Shown here one piece after another: positions 12,135-25,936 of a stretch of DNA of 64,000 nucleotides (within the stretch, counting starts at the first letter, position 1; every line of letters starts with the position of its first letter). The notes below the pieces were generated by a model. That model saw only the letters and a list, made by a program, of their open reading frames with translations, was not told the DNA's origin and did not search any database. The position numbers and the translations under genes were made by a program. The stretch is taken from assembly GCA_964234715.1 (NCBI GenBank), contig OZ174284.1; one strand, 5' to 3'. This stretch comes from Podarcis melisellensis (Eukaryota).

Positions 12135-15100
12135 CTGTAAAGAATGCTTGCTCAGATTCACCTTGGTCTGTTCCACTCTTTCAGTAGCTTCTTTTATGAC
12201 ATTCCCACGTCAACATTTGGGTTCAGTGCTGTGTGCAATTGTGCACATATTCCTAAAATGGGGGTTGCCTGTTGTGCTCAGTATTCTCACGAACTCCAAA
12301 TCAAAGTTTGGAAATGGGAGCTGCTTGTATCGTAACTTGGAGTTTATAGTGGTTAGGGCAGATGAAACCCTGACCATGGTTAGCTTTGAAAAGGAAAGAA
12401 ATTCATGCTAGCATGGCTAGGAGATTAGGCAGCCCAATGTCCTCGGCAATAGTTGAAAGTTTTATTCATTTGTGGAGAAGCTATGGAAACCTCCCTATTC
12501 ATTGCACACCATTTGATACAACGGTGAGAAACTCAAGAGGGATTTCTTTGCTCTTTGGATTGACAAATAGAGGAATGTAGTCTTTGGTCATGGTGTTTGA
12601 AAATGGATCTGCTTCCTTCACTTCTTTTGTTTAAAAATGAACATGACTTTAGTCGCACAAACCCAACATAGTTTGTGGTAATGGTATTTAAACATAAAAC
12701 TGTTGGAAATATTGAAAGATAAGTGTTTTCACATCCCAGCTAAGAAAAATATATATGAATAAAGCACCATGAGGTACAATAATTTATATGTCAGACCTTT
12801 AAAAAATGGATGGGGTAATTAAATTTGGTATCAGGAACTGGTAATGGTCCATCTGTTATTACAGATATTACACCATATGCTTTGTCTATTTTCCCACAAA
12901 ATGAAATTAAAATGAATATCATTAGTTTCATCTCATATTCACTTATAAACTAAAATTATATTGCAGGCATGAACCTGGAAAATAATGTGTCTGCTCTAAT
13001 TTTGGAGGGAATGGAGCGATTTGCATATTGGTCGTTAGTTTTGTGATAATTTGAGCTGATGATAGAAGACATACTGTCATAGAAAGAACTTTCTAAACTG
13101 GTCAACTTCTTTCATAATGGTGATCTTGTATCCTGGCAAGGCAGACTGTGGCAGTAATGAAAATTATTTTTATCCAGAATTCCAAGGAAACTTTTTTTTT
13201 TTTTAAGTGAACCCATCTTATTCCTTTTGCCAGGATCTCGGGGAACAAAAGCAATACTTCTGTAGATGATACGTTTTACAAACAATTTGTTAAGTTTGAC
13301 CATTTGGGGAAATAGTTGTGCTGGATTTTGTTTTGTTCTGTTGTTTTTTTTAAGGCTGACTACCTTCTTGTGATGGTAGCCCTTACTAACTAGGGTTTCT
13401 TTAGAATGATTCAAGATCTTGTTTTGGCTAAAACTGGAATGAGTTGCATTGTAGCTTGTAAATTTCATGAAATGCCCACTTATCTGTTCCCCCATCATTG
13501 AATCACTGGGGTACTCATAAAGCACATCAGGTATTGCTATCTATCTCTTCTTGAATTAAATTTAGGAATAGAAATAGATTTAAAATAGATGTTTGAAAAA
13601 TAGTGTTGCCATTATTAGGACACAATGATCTGCTTCAAACATAATGCTAAACCATAGCTTTAGCACTGTGTGAACCCTACCTAGCAGCTTAACTATGGTT
13701 TGTTTCCTGACAACAATCTGAAGCCATGGTTTGCTGATAATTTGCAAACCTTAGTTTGTGTGAATTATGATCTGGTGCTATGTGTGAATGGAGCACTCTT
13801 CCTTAACCATGTTGGTTTGGCGCGCATCTCCGGTGGTCAATCTATAAAGGAATGAGTTTAGTAATTGGAAAACAAACTAAATTTTGGAGAAACAAACATA
13901 CTTGTCTGTTTGTGGGACAACTGTGGTTTCACTCATGGTTTGTTAAGCAAACCATGGTTTAGTGTTATGTGTGAACAAGGCCTCCATATCTTATATTGTG
14001 TATGTGCTGTTCTCCTATGTAGTTTGTAGAACATTAAGAAAAAAGTATGTAAAGCCAAATACAATTCTGATGTACAAGTTATATCAATATGGTTAACATT
14101 TACTAGTTCTTTCTGTATAGGAATTGTCTTCCTGAAGCCAAGATGAAACTTTTAGATTCTTATACTTCAGCATCTTTTGATGCTTAGTTATGCTAGGTCT
14201 GTAGGTTTGAGAAAACTGCATTCACTGTGAGATTTTCAGTCTTTAATTTTAATAGGGATATTTTTTTTCCTTTTGGAGAGCTGCAGAGAGCTGAGAAGAT
14301 TATGATTTTCTATCCTTTAGGATATTGCAGAAGGTGTTGCTGATTTTTAAAATGTTATTTCTGGATAGGCAGATATCCTCTTATTTCTCTTTCCTCACCA
14401 CTTGTAGCTTTTAAATGTAAAATGGTCAAAACCAAAAGGGCATGTAGACAATCATTTGCAGAAAGGGCACTTCTCGACTGAGGATATCAAATGGAAATTT
14501 AAAGTTGGCAACCCCCTATTAAGATATCTGAAGACTTCACAGCTGATGGTAGAAAATTTAATCCATGAAATGGCAATTGGATCCAGGCTAGGGTCTCTAA
14601 TGACATAGAAGTAACTGTAGCTCCAACTACTGCTGTGAGGGCTTAATATTTCCCTGTTCCTTCTTTTGCAGTTAAGCCAAGCAAGTTTACAGTAGCTGTT
14701 AAGTAATTTTGTCAGGTGTTACAACTTACTGCTTAAAGTCGTTTCCATAGGTGGGTTTTTTGGGGTTTTTTTTTTTTGCCATTCTTAAACAATGCTAATA
14801 CAGTTAAATTATTTCATGGTAGCATAAGTTTGCGACTTACTACAGAATAAACTAACCTAACCCAAGTGATCTAAATCACAGACAATACAACCTGGAACTA
14901 TACAGAAGCCCAAATTTGGAAGTGCACTGTTCTAAATAAAAGAGCTTCAGTGGCCCGAACAGAGAGCTGAGATATCGAATAAAGATGAACGCTCACTTCC
15001 ATTGAATTGATTGGTAAAAATACATAGATCAGCAATGGCTTGCAATTTGGTGTGGAGCTGTTACACTGACTTCCTGGCAGCTGAGTCGCTGCTGCTTACT

Positions 15101-15816
15101 GGAAGGGCAATGTAATAGGAAAGTTGGCATGACCAGCAGAACCCATCCTATCACCTTGCTCATGCTGGTAAGGAACTGTGATGCACTTGCTCGAAAGCTA
15201 GCGTTGCAGATCTATCCCAGTTGGGAAGCTGCTTCTGGCATACATGTAAAACTGTAGCTGTCTGTTGGTCTCAGTGGAAAGGCCCAAAGAGGTTGGAAAC
15301 AGAACATGTATTTTCATTTTTGCATATGTATGCATGTATTTTCAAACTGCTATAGCAAAACTATTAAAGTTTCTCTGTTTTTGGTGTGCTTGTCTACCCT
15401 GAAATCCATTCTGGATGTTTCCGAAATGGAAACTGCACCTGGTGTGACATTCAAAGCTTCTTTAGCCACTAAAATACTAAATGTAGTTTGTGTTTCTTGT
15501 GTTACTGATTTCCATGTTGAATAGCATTTTGGACTTTCAATCTGTCTTGTGCTAGGGGCCATTTCATGCACTTTAGAAGGTCTTTCCTAGAATATGTGCT
15601 TTCTCAGGGAGAAGTGTTTTGAGAAACATGTGTACCTATGACATACATCTTGCCTTATATTGTATGTGTGTGATAGGTGTATTAGAGAGTTCAGTGTCCC
15701 CCACTCACATATATGGAAGAGCTATTCTAGTAAGTGTATGAACTAGACTCCCAACACTGGTGGGTTTCACTTACTTTCCATACAACATGCCAGGATACTT
15801 TCAACATTTAGAACCA

Positions 15817-16177
15817 GGACATGGGTGGCGCTGTGGTCAAAACCACTGAGCCTCTTTGGATTGCTGATTGGAAGGTCGGCGGTTCAAATCCACGTGACAG
15901 GGTGAGCTCCTGTTGCTTTGTCCCAACTTCCGCCAACCTAGCAGTTCAAAAGCACGCCAGTGCAAGTAGATAGGTACTGCTGCGGCGGTACCTATGGTTT
16001 CTGTCACAGTGTCCCGCTGTGCCAGAAGCATTTTAGTCATGCTGGCCACATGACCCGGAAAGTTGTCGGTGGACAAACCACCGGCTCCCTCAACCTGAAA
16101 GTGAGATGAGTGTCACACCCCATAGTCACCTTTGACTGGACCTTGACAATCCAGGAGTCCTTTACCTTTTTTACCTT
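15817..16177 (+). mobile_element. Sauria SINE, second subfamily
   Basis: ggtggcgctgtgg tRNA-like head, conserved body, acctttt tail. Confidence 0.9.
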
Positions 16178-17604
16178 GACATTCGGCATATCATGACAGA
16201 CGTGTAGGACTTGAAAAATACAATTTCATATTCAGTAACAAGCCTAAGTGGATATAACTATTCCAGTCACCTGATGTGATAAGGTACCTGGGAGAGGCTA
16301 ACTCCCTATATTCCAAATCATGAGATAGATTTTTTTAACTAACAATTAAGGCATGAGAACATGATCTACAGATAATAATGGTTGGAATCTTCATTTGGCT
16401 TTAGGTCTGTGAGCCATGCAAACTGTTTGCTTCCAAGTTGTTGTTTTTTTCTGCAACCCCACATGTTTTGAAACAAAAATGTAAGGTGAGATTATTAGAG
16501 TGCTAGGAAGAGCCTTCAGGCTATGGAAAGAAAGTCACCTTGGAGATGCATTCTATCCAACACATTATAAAAGAATATGGTAGAGTGAATTTTTATAAGC
16601 ATTTGTTGTACTTCAGTGCCAGATTTTGGTAATCCATGAGGAAGTATTAGCATTAGTTTTGCACTGTTGAACTGACACGGTTTCTCTCCTTAAGCGATGG
16701 CGAGATCCCATGTTTTGTGAAAGTATTTTACACTATGTACTGTCTTGCTTGTCTGAACTGAGATAACCCTGTAGTGACGCACAGAGCTGTAACTTGAAGC
16801 AGCCTGTATATTTGTCGAGTTTTGAAAATATTAGATTTAAATTTGAGTTACCTTAGAACTTGTATATCTTGCCAGCATGCCATTTTTCACCTTTTGAATT
16901 AAAGTGAGGTACACAGTATATAGGTTTAAAACAAGTTGTCAGATTTTAATGAGCTTGCTAAAATGTATTATTCCTACTTGCTTTTTACACCTCTGTGGCA
17001 CACTTAACTGTACTTTGATGCTATTTCCTGAAGATAATTTGCAAAGTTAAACAAGCAGCTAATTCAGTATCATACTTCTTAGGCCTTGTTTCTCGGGACT
17101 AATCCTTTGAGAATAGTTGCTTTACAGTAAGTAAAAAATTAAACTAAAATATTTTTGGTAGTATTAGCTGTTGGCTTAAAGCACCTCATTGGAACTATTC
17201 CCTAACTATTTGTTGAACATGACATTCCTGTCTCAAAGTTAACTCATTTATACTGTAATCCTAGAGTGTGTTGTGCAATGGTGGCAGAGAATTACAAATA
17301 AGTATTTGTAATATACACTGTAGACTATTATATTCATGGCTTCTTTGATTAAAGGCTTGGCTTAGAGATACTAGCAGGCCTTGCAATAAAACTACAAAGC
17401 AATTTGCACTTAATCTTACAGAGGAAATTAGGTGAATTGCTCAAGATTGTTTCTAATACCTAACAGAAAGTTTAATTTTTCAACTCTTACACATTAAGAT
17501 CTAGTTAGCACTATTTAATCCAAAAATGTTAATGGTTTCCAGTATGATGGGCAAATCTAGTAAACTGTATCGAAACTTGGTGTTGTTTTAGCCCAAAGGT
17601 TATA

Positions 17605-17846
17605 CAGTGGTACCTCGGGTTAAGTACTTAATTTGTTTTGGAGGTCCGTTCTTAACCTGAAACTGTTCTTAACCTGAAGCACCACTTTAGCTAATGGGGC
17701 CTCCTGCTGCTGCCGTGCCGCTGGAGCACGATTTCTGTTCTCATTCTGAAGCAAAGTTATTAACCCGGGGTACTATTTCTGGGTTAGCGGAGTCTGTAAC
17801 CTGAAGTGTATGTAACCTGAAGCGTGTGTAACCCAAGGTACCACTG
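17605..17846. mobile_element. Tc1/mariner (Tigger-like) MITE
   Basis: TIRs cagtggtacct...aggtaccactg with TA on both sides. Confidence 0.9.
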
Positions 17847-18228
17847 TATGTTGTTTCTGCCAGAGCCTGTAGAAATAATAGATTTGTCCTTTGCATTAGA
17901 AATTCATTTTTTAAAGGATGGTGTCCTGAATATGAAAATTGGCATTGATACCCAATACTTTTATGGACTGTAGTGCTTAGAGGATCAATGACTGGGCAAG
18001 CGCTAACTAGGCTTTAGGAAGGAGGCAGGAGAACTCTAGGAACCTGGCAGAGTCCTCAAGCTTCCTTCCCAAAGCCCAGTGCCTCACTTACCCAGCTTTG
18101 GGAAGGCACCATGAGGGCTAGGGCATCAAAAGTTGCTGAGGGCTGCCAGAAAAGGGATTGAGGGCTGCTTGCAGTCTGAGAGCAATGTTGGACCACTCTG
18201 GGTTAGACTATTAGACTAAAACCTGGAA

Positions 18229-18484
18229 CAGGGGTCAGCAAACTTTTTCAGCAGGGGGCCAGTCCACTGTCCCTCAGACCTTTTTTTGGGGGGGGTGGAC
18301 TATATTTTGAAGAGAGAGAAAAACACGTATTCCTACGCCCCACAAATAACCTAGAGATGCATTTTAAATAAAAGCGCACACTCTACTCATGTAAAAACAT
18401 GCTGATTCCCGGATCGTTCGCGGGCCGGATTTAGAAGGCAATTGGGCCGGATCCAGCCCCCGGACCTTAGTTTGCCTAGCCATG
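18229..18484. mobile_element. hAT non-autonomous element
   Basis: caggggtcagcaaact...agtttgcctagccatg ends, perfect 8-bp TSD acctggaa. Confidence 0.88.
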
Positions 18485-18494
18485 ACCTGGAACA

Positions 18495-18640
18495 CCTTCA
18501 AATCTTCAATCTGCCTTGAAACTCACTGGGTGACCTTCAGCCAGTCACCATCTCTCACCCTAACCTAACTCACAGGATTGTTGTGAGAATAACATGGAAA
18601 GAGGGGCACCTTGAAGGAAATGTGGAATATAAATGTTATA
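18495..18640 (+). repeat. MIR/CORE-like ancient SINE fragment
   Basis: ctgggtgaccttcagccagtcaccatctctc...ctcacaggattgttgtgagaat core-like text. Confidence 0.55.
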
Positions 18641-19532
18641 ATAGTAAGATATTTTTAGGTGTATTAAATATGTTTTTATTGTATTTTTAATTTGTTTTTT
18701 AAAAAATCACTGATGCCTTTGCTGCTGTGTACTCCTTTGAAAGGAAGGGCAGGATATTAGTGTATTAAAGTTATAAGAATTTTACAGAACATACATGTTT
18801 CTCCCGAGTGTTCGGTCTTCTTAAGGGGGTTGATTTGAGTGCTGATAGAATCATAGAGTTGAAAGGGACCCTGTGGGTCATCTTAATTCAACCCCCTCCA
18901 ATGCCTCTCTCTAAAGTCTAAACAGTCTGTTACTTACTCTGCATGAACAGGAAGTGGTTTAAGCCATTTGCCCTTTTAATATGGCTGTTTTAAGTGAGGG
19001 CAAAGCTAAGCAAAAGGAGTCTTGCCACACAACTGGCAATTATTAGCTCTCTGGAGACTAACACCTAAGCTAGATTTGAAGAAATGGAGCAGTACTGAAT
19101 GAAAATTAGACTGCATGCTAGGCAATCATTCCTCCTTGCCTCATGTCACAGAAGAAAGTGTCGTTGTCACTCTTGGCCAATTAAAGGGTTGGCTGACCAT
19201 TGTACTTGATACCTTGAATTAAAATAAAATACTTTCTCTTCAGTGTTAAGATTTGTTAGTAATTTTATGAAAGTTTCAAACCCATTCACATATGTAGACA
19301 TGTCAAGATTACTGAAAATGCATGCACTTTTTAAACAGAGGTAGGTGTAAAATTTCTGGCATGGCTAATCTTAGGAAATTGTTTTGCTTTCTTAAAGGCA
19401 TATGGAATCCTATAATCTCATCCCTGCATTTATTCTCATGATGTTACCTGACATCATGATCCTTTATGTATTATTCTGTGCTTTTAGAAGTATGGTGCCA
19501 ACTTTTTTACATCGATATTTTCTCCTTTACAG

Positions 19533-19663
19533 ATTATTGCTCAGTGATAACCATTGTGGACCAATCGGATGCCAAGCTGATATGTTCACTTTTTAATGTA
19601 AACAAAGATGCCCTTCCACAAATCTACAAAAATGGTGACATTGTTCGATTTCACAGAATAAAG
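19533..19663 (+). CDS. POT1: POT1 exon, OB1 ([21 protein letters not shown]...[11 protein letters not shown])
   Basis: 131 nt, AG/GT, lies within ORF 19466..19855. Contains the POT1 motif NGDIVRFHR. Confidence 0.97.
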
Positions 19664-21718
19664 GTACCTTTGCTGTATTTACCATTCATTGTAGGGAGCT
19701 ATCCATTTCTGTTTCTTCAGTTTTTGTCATCATATTTATCATGGACTTCTAATACTGAAGGTTGGTCCTTTCACATATCAGGTTATTTAGTGCATTTCCA
19801 AACAGACCAGGTTCTTTTACATGCAGCAGAAGATGGAGGAGACTTAGGTAGGTAAGAAGCAACAGGAGCTAGAGGATTTGTTGTACAAAGAGGTCCTTGC
19901 AACCATGTTTCAGGGATGCTTGGCAGGGAATCCCAGTCTGTATTCCTTGGCCAGATACCCAAATATATTCTGTATTCTAAAACATTTGAAGGTACCTTCC
20001 CAACATCAAGCCCTGAGTATCCTGTTTGTTTTGTAATCCGATCAAATGCAGAAGCAATTCTACCATCAGTTGCATTTCTCCTTGGCATCTTGGATCCAAC
20101 AGATTTGAATTGGATGGCAGCAAAATTAGGTTGGTCTGCATAATCTCCCAGTCCTTTAGGTTCAGAAACAGATACACCAAATATGCCAATGAGAAGAAAG
20201 CCACAAGCAAGGAAGGCATTGAACCCTTCTTCTCTTGTGACAGCGCCCTCCCAAGCAGTAGAGGCACATCTCGCTTTCGCAGTTTAGAGTTGTACTGTGT
20301 GTAGCGTTATAATAGAGGAATTATAATGAGCTGATAAAGTGCAGAGTCTTAAGTCCCCGTGGTTATGTTCCGGGCCCCTGTGCGCATAAGCGACAATCGC
20401 ATAAGTGGGGAGCGCCCTCTAAAAAGCCTGCTCTCCAGCTCTCTCTCCTGCTCTCTCTCTAATCCAGACCAAAATAGCTAGAGTTGAAGTTCTAGGGCTG
20501 GCTGGAGGATGTGTAGGAAAGTGGCTGTGGCAGCTGCTGTGCTACCCCATGCTCCAGCTGTTAGGTGGGGAAGCTGAGCAGCCTAAACAAAGCTCCACTG
20601 CACCTCAGGGGCTTCCACTTTGGGGCTTCCTTCACTGGTGCCCTCTTCAAGCCCTGGGGTGGGTCTTCTCGTGAGCCACGAGGACTCCAGGACTCCCTCC
20701 ATTTCCTGGTATGAATTCCTATCCATTAATTCATTTCCCGACGCAGAAGCCAATGGCGCGTAAGTGTATGTATGCAGTTTCAGAAATCCCTTTGCTCATC
20801 ATTCTAAAATAAAGTATTTCATAATAATAATAAAAAACCCACTTTAGAAAAAGAAAATGACTTGGAGGGAAGTGGGGGAGGAAAAGAATCATTGCACCAA
20901 CCCTAACCCTTCCATTCCCATAACATTGGATATAACCCAGAATTTAAGGCACAATGAAAGAAAACGCAACTTTGTTTTGTTGCTTTTAAATGACAACAAA
21001 TGTTGAACACTTTTAAAGCAGGGTGCTACACTTCATTTTTCTGTTCCGTTGCTGTTCACATATTGTGTGTTCTTTATAAGAGAAGCAAAACATTTGCAAT
21101 AAATTGAGTTCCACCCATTAGCTCAACCACAATAGCATGTGGAAAGCAAAAAAATATTTGCCAGCTTTCCTGCTGTGTTTCTAAATGTGTAGCTTTGGTC
21201 ACTTCAAGGCAGTTGTATCTGGGTAAGTATCTTGCAGCCATTTATCTGAGAGTACAATTTAGCTGCGGTCAGGGTTCAACTGGCAGCCAAATTTAGAATA
21301 GTAAAAGTTTAATTAAGCTACTTAAATATTATAGTTTTAAGCTGCCTAAGTAAATTATAATTTTCCTTCTTTTCAGTGCTTGAAAGTTACACGTAAAATA
21401 TCTGCCCATTATTTCAGTTAATTAATGTGCTTCCAAGGCAAAATCTTTTTTCTGTAATAGAATTTCTTCTTATCCCATTATCACACATGATCGTAAATCG
21501 CAATTAGAGTCAAACGTTCCATTTTTAAAGGTACCTAGATTGGAGTGTTATTTAGTATGTTTTTAAATGTATAGCTTTATATATGTTAATCTCAATCTAT
21601 TGAGAAAGTTTCATTTTCTTGGATTCAGAACATTCTTATTGCAATGAAAAATAAAAGGTTTACTTTGTCTTTAGTACATATATTTCTGAATGTCTTGTAT
21701 TTTTTTTTTAAGTCTATA

Positions 21719-21940
21719 CAGTCGTACCTTGGTTCTTGAACAGAATGCATTCTGGGAGTCCGTTCGACTTCCGGAACTGTTCAGAAACCAAGACACAGCT
21801 TCTGATTGGCTGCAGAAGCCATGCCAGATGCTCAACCTCCGAAAAATAGTTCGAAAACTGGAACACTCCCTTCCGGTTTTCTGTCATTCGGGAGCTGAAA
21901 CGTACGACTTCCAAGGCTTTTGGCAACCAAGGTACAACTG
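21719..21940. mobile_element. Tigger-like MITE
   Basis: TIRs cagtcgtaccttgg / ccaaggtacaactg, TA flanks. Confidence 0.85.
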
Positions 21941-22801
21941 TATTAGCTGTGCTGGCTTGGTTGTGGGTTTGAGTGCATGAGTTGGCCCTTCGTGTCAGTA
22001 AATTCTGTAAAAATGCTTAACAGTAGCACCATAGATTGGTAGACCATTGGCCCAGCTTGCTCAATAGGGTCTACACTGGCAACAGTTTCCCATGGTCTCA
22101 GACCAAAATCTCTTCCAACGCTACCTGGAGCTGGGACCTTTTGCATGCAAATCCCTGAGCTAGGTTTCTTTCTGTTACGTTCATAAGGCACATGTAATTG
22201 AGGTGGCATCCTTTAGCGGCGAAAATTGCAAGCTCCAAAGTCCTTGGTTAAAATATTGCCTCAGCTCTGACCTTGCTAGCCTTAGGGAAACTGTGCTCTC
22301 TGAACCTATAATTATTTCTCTTTCAAAGCTAACAGGGTTCTGTTCTGGCCCCATCAACTTCTCAAAATATAACTTAGCATTTTCACCTGTATAATAAATT
22401 AAGTTTTAGTATTTGTGTGTGGATATTCCACTTTAAAAGCACCACAGTAGTTTTGTGGGGGGTTTTGTGTGTGTGTTTTTGCTGCTATATCAAAATAAAT
22501 CACAAAGCACTGCAGGGCGTCTATTATATGCCAGAAGTAAATTTTACCTTATGGGTTTAATTCTGCTCCAGGTTGCTTTACCTTGATACATGAGTCAGTA
22601 TTTTGCCACTGCAAATTTGCTGCAGTGATTTCTTATGTGCAGTGTGTGTGGGGGGGGAGGGGGAGTGCGGGAACAAGAGCTTATTAGGCTAGGGGTTGCC
22701 TGTGTGACCATTGGTCCATCTTGCTCTGCACTGACTAGCAGTAGCTCTCCAAAGTTTCAGACAGGGTCTCTCCCAGCCCAAGCTGAAGATGCCAGAGATT
22801 G

Positions 22802-23785
22802 TCTGCCATCTGTGCCGCAGTAACCGCTAGGGTAAAGGTAAAGGGACCCCTAACCATTAGGTCCAGTCGCAGATGACTCCGGGGTTGCGCTCTCATCTCG
22901 CTCTATAGGCCGAGGGAGCTGGCGTTTGTCTGCAGACAGCTTCCGGGTCATGTGGCCAGCATGACTAAGCCACTTCTGGCGAACCAGAGCAGTGCACGGA
23001 AACGCTGTTTACTTTCCCGCCAGAGCGGTACCTATTTATCTACCTTCACTTTGACATGCTTTTGAACTGCTAGGTTGGCAGGAGCAGGGACCGAGCAATG
23101 GGAGCTCACCCCGTTGTGGGGATTCGAACCGCCGACCTTCTGATCGGCAAGTCCTAGACTCTGTGGTTTAACCCACGGCGCCACCCGTGTCCCAGCCGCT
23201 AGGTTAGATTACTGCAATGGATTATACGTAGGGCTGCCTCTGAAGACAGTTCGAAAACTTCAGCCAGTGCAGAATTCAGCAACGACATTGCTCGCCAGGA
23301 CAAGACGGTATACACTGTTCCTGGCTCAACTGCACTGGCTGCTAATTAGTTCCCGGGCCCAATTCAAAGTGCTGGTTCTGAACAATGAAGCCTTAGATGG
23401 CTCAGGACTGCAATACCTCAAGGACCACTGCTCTCCATAGGAACTGATCTGGACCTTGCAATCATCCTCTGAGGCCCTTCTTCGTGTGCCTCCTCCACAG
23501 GAGATCCTGAGAATGGCAACACAAGAACTGGCCTTTTCTACAGTGGCTCCCCATTTGTGGAATGCTCTCCCTGAAATTTGGCTGGCACTTTCATTATACA
23601 TATTTAGGTGCCAGGCAAAAACTTAACACCCACTACCCTCTTAAATGTGTTGGAGGGGTATTGTTTTGTCTTGTTCTTGTTTTTATTATGTATTTTCTGT
23701 TTTTTATATTGTATTCTATGCTGTGAACCACCCTGAGAACTATGGATGAAAGGCAGTATACAAATTTAATAAAGAAAAAATAAAT
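22802..23785 (+). mobile_element. Degenerate L2 LINE 3' fragment interrupted by a Sauria SINE
   Basis: Translates RLDYCNGLYVGLPLKTVRKLQPVQN...QLHWL, like the L2 ORF at 32920. Ends in an L2-type tail. Confidence 0.8.
22831..23193 (-). mobile_element. Sauria SINE, full length
   Basis: Full body on the minus strand, TSD a(a/g)ccgctag. Confidence 0.93.
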
Positions 23786-24579
23786 TGGGACCGTCTACAT
23801 GCAATGCTGATGCTCTTTTGCTGAGCTATGACCTTCCCCTGTCATGCTTATTAATTTCAGTAGGGCACTGGGCTCCTTTGGGAAGGGAGGGCAGGAAAGA
23901 AAATTACAGTAAGGGAATTGTGCAAACTCTGAGTGGGTTTTGACAGGCGTCTTGAGAGGAGAAGAGATGTAGCACTACACACGTGTCTAGAGAGTCAGTT
24001 TGAACCAGGAGGCAGCAAAAGGGGGCAATTTATTTCAGATCTTATTGTTGCAAATAAATACATAAAGCTGATGAAACAAGACTTTGCGTTTTCTTGGTCA
24101 GTATACACTCCTGAGCGGTAATGGAATATATTGCTGAAGTCAGCTGAAGAATCAGAAGCTACCCATTTATCACAGCTTCACAATATTTGTTAGAGAAGCT
24201 GCTTTTTGTTTTCTTTTTTTAACTATGTCAGAGATTGGGAGTAAGGGAGAGAGTTTACCTAGTTTACTTTACCTAGAAGTTAATTAATTTTAAAACTGCT
24301 ATGTTTCTTTGAATATCATCTTTGATACTTTTTTTTGAAAAATTAAAATATTCTGATCATTTGTTTATTAGAGTGGTCATGTTTGAGTCAGGAATGTCAG
24401 CCTTCTGAAGCTTAGACACCCCTAGTAATAGACACACATTTACTTGGGACCAGCTCACCAACCATTCTGTACTATCCAGCAAATGACCTTCATAAAATAC
24501 TCCTTAGCATGCATTTGAAGCTTGAATAAACTGCAACAAGTTCACACCAAATAAGTTAGCAGTGTTTTCATTAGAGTTA

Positions 24580-24940
24580 AAAGGTAAAGGGACCCTTGCC
24601 CATTAGGTTCAGTCATGACCGACTCTGGGGTTGTGGCGCTCATCTCGCTCTATAGGCCGAGGGAGCTGGCGTTTGTCTGCAGACAGCTTCCGGGTCATGT
24701 GGCCAGCATGACTAAGCCACTTCTGGCGAACCAGAGCAGTGCACGGAAACGCCGTTTACTTTCCCGCCAGAGTGGTACCTATTTATCTACTTGCACTTTG
24801 ACGTGCTTTCAAACTGCTAGGTTGGCAGGAGCAGGGACCGAGCAATGGGAGCTCACCCCGTTGTGGGGATTCGAACTGCTGACCTTCTGATTGGCAAGTC
24901 CTAGGCTTTGTGGTTTAACCCACAGTGCCACCTGCGTCCC
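24580..24940 (-). mobile_element. Sauria SINE, full length
   Basis: 13-bp TSD ttcattagagtta (24567-24579 / 24941-24953). Confidence 0.95.
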
Positions 24941-24980
24941 TTCATTAGAGTTACATACGTTCAAATTAAGGTTGGGACTA

Positions 24981-25306
24981 GGTAAAAAAGTAAAGGACCC
25001 CTGAAATGTTAAGTTCAGTCAAAGGCGACTATGGGGTTGCGGCACACATCTTGCTTTCAGGCTGAGGGAGCCGGTGTTTGTCCACAGACAGCTTTCCGGG
25101 TCATGTGGCCAGCATGACTAAACCACTTCTGGCACAGCAGAACACCGTGACGGAAGCCAGACTAGTGTGCTTTTGAACTGCTAGGTTTGCAGGAGCTGGG
25201 GCAGAGCAATGGGAGCTCACTCCATCACGGGAATTCAAACCGCCGACCTTCTGATCTGCAAGCCCAAGAGGCTCAGTAGTTTAGACCACAGCGCTACCTA
25301 TGTCCC
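24981..25306 (-). mobile_element. Sauria SINE, second subfamily, internal deletion
   Basis: Head and tail present. The gtagataaataggtacc segment is missing. Confidence 0.88.
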
Positions 25307-25645
25307 CGCCCGTTTGGGACTAACCTCCGGTTTGCATGGGTTGGATTTGACTTGGTGCACCCCAAGAATGTTGGGCAGCGGAGCGCTTTGCCGAGCTCAT
25401 ATCTTGAACGTTGAGAGTCAGACTTTTCAAATACATGCCTGTTACAAAACAATGTGTTCAAAGATGGATGGACTGGTGTTTGTTGCTTTCTAAGCCGGTA
25501 CATGTCTTTCATCTTTTAATTTGTGATAATTAGTTCAAATGCATGTGATAATCATCCTACATATTTGCTTTTCCCCCGCTGAGTTCAAAAAGCGGTACAC
25601 TTTTATTTTTCCTTACGGCGTTGCCTTTTTGTTCTTGTCGCCTAG

Positions 25646-25936
25646 ATCAAAGAGTTCAGCGGGCAGATGCAAGGGATTAGCAGCAGTGGATTTGCAGCAC
25701 TTACCTTTGATGGCACTGTAGGAACACCAGTGGTTCCTCGAACGTCCAGCAAATTATTCACATTTACAGATGAAGACAGAAAAACAATAGAAGACTTGCG
25801 CATTTGGGTGGCATCTAATCTTTTAAACTCTGCAGTCGTAGCAAAATTGTCTGGCATCCAGCCGCCTATGTATTTTGATCTCACTTGCCAGCTTCTAGGA
25901 AAAGCAAAACTTGACGGATCTTCCTACCTTCTCAAG
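25646..25936 (+). CDS. POT1: POT1 exon, OB1-OB2 (IKEFSGQMQGISSSGFAALTFDG...YFDLTCQLLGKAKLDGSSYLLK)
   Basis: 291 nt, phase 0/0, AG/GT. Motifs PRTSSK and YFDLTCQLLGK. Confidence 0.98.

Noticed and set aside
20898-20911. Telomere-like aaccctaaccct inside POT1 (autoregulation idea)
   Set aside because: Only about two units, which is expected by chance in 64 kb.
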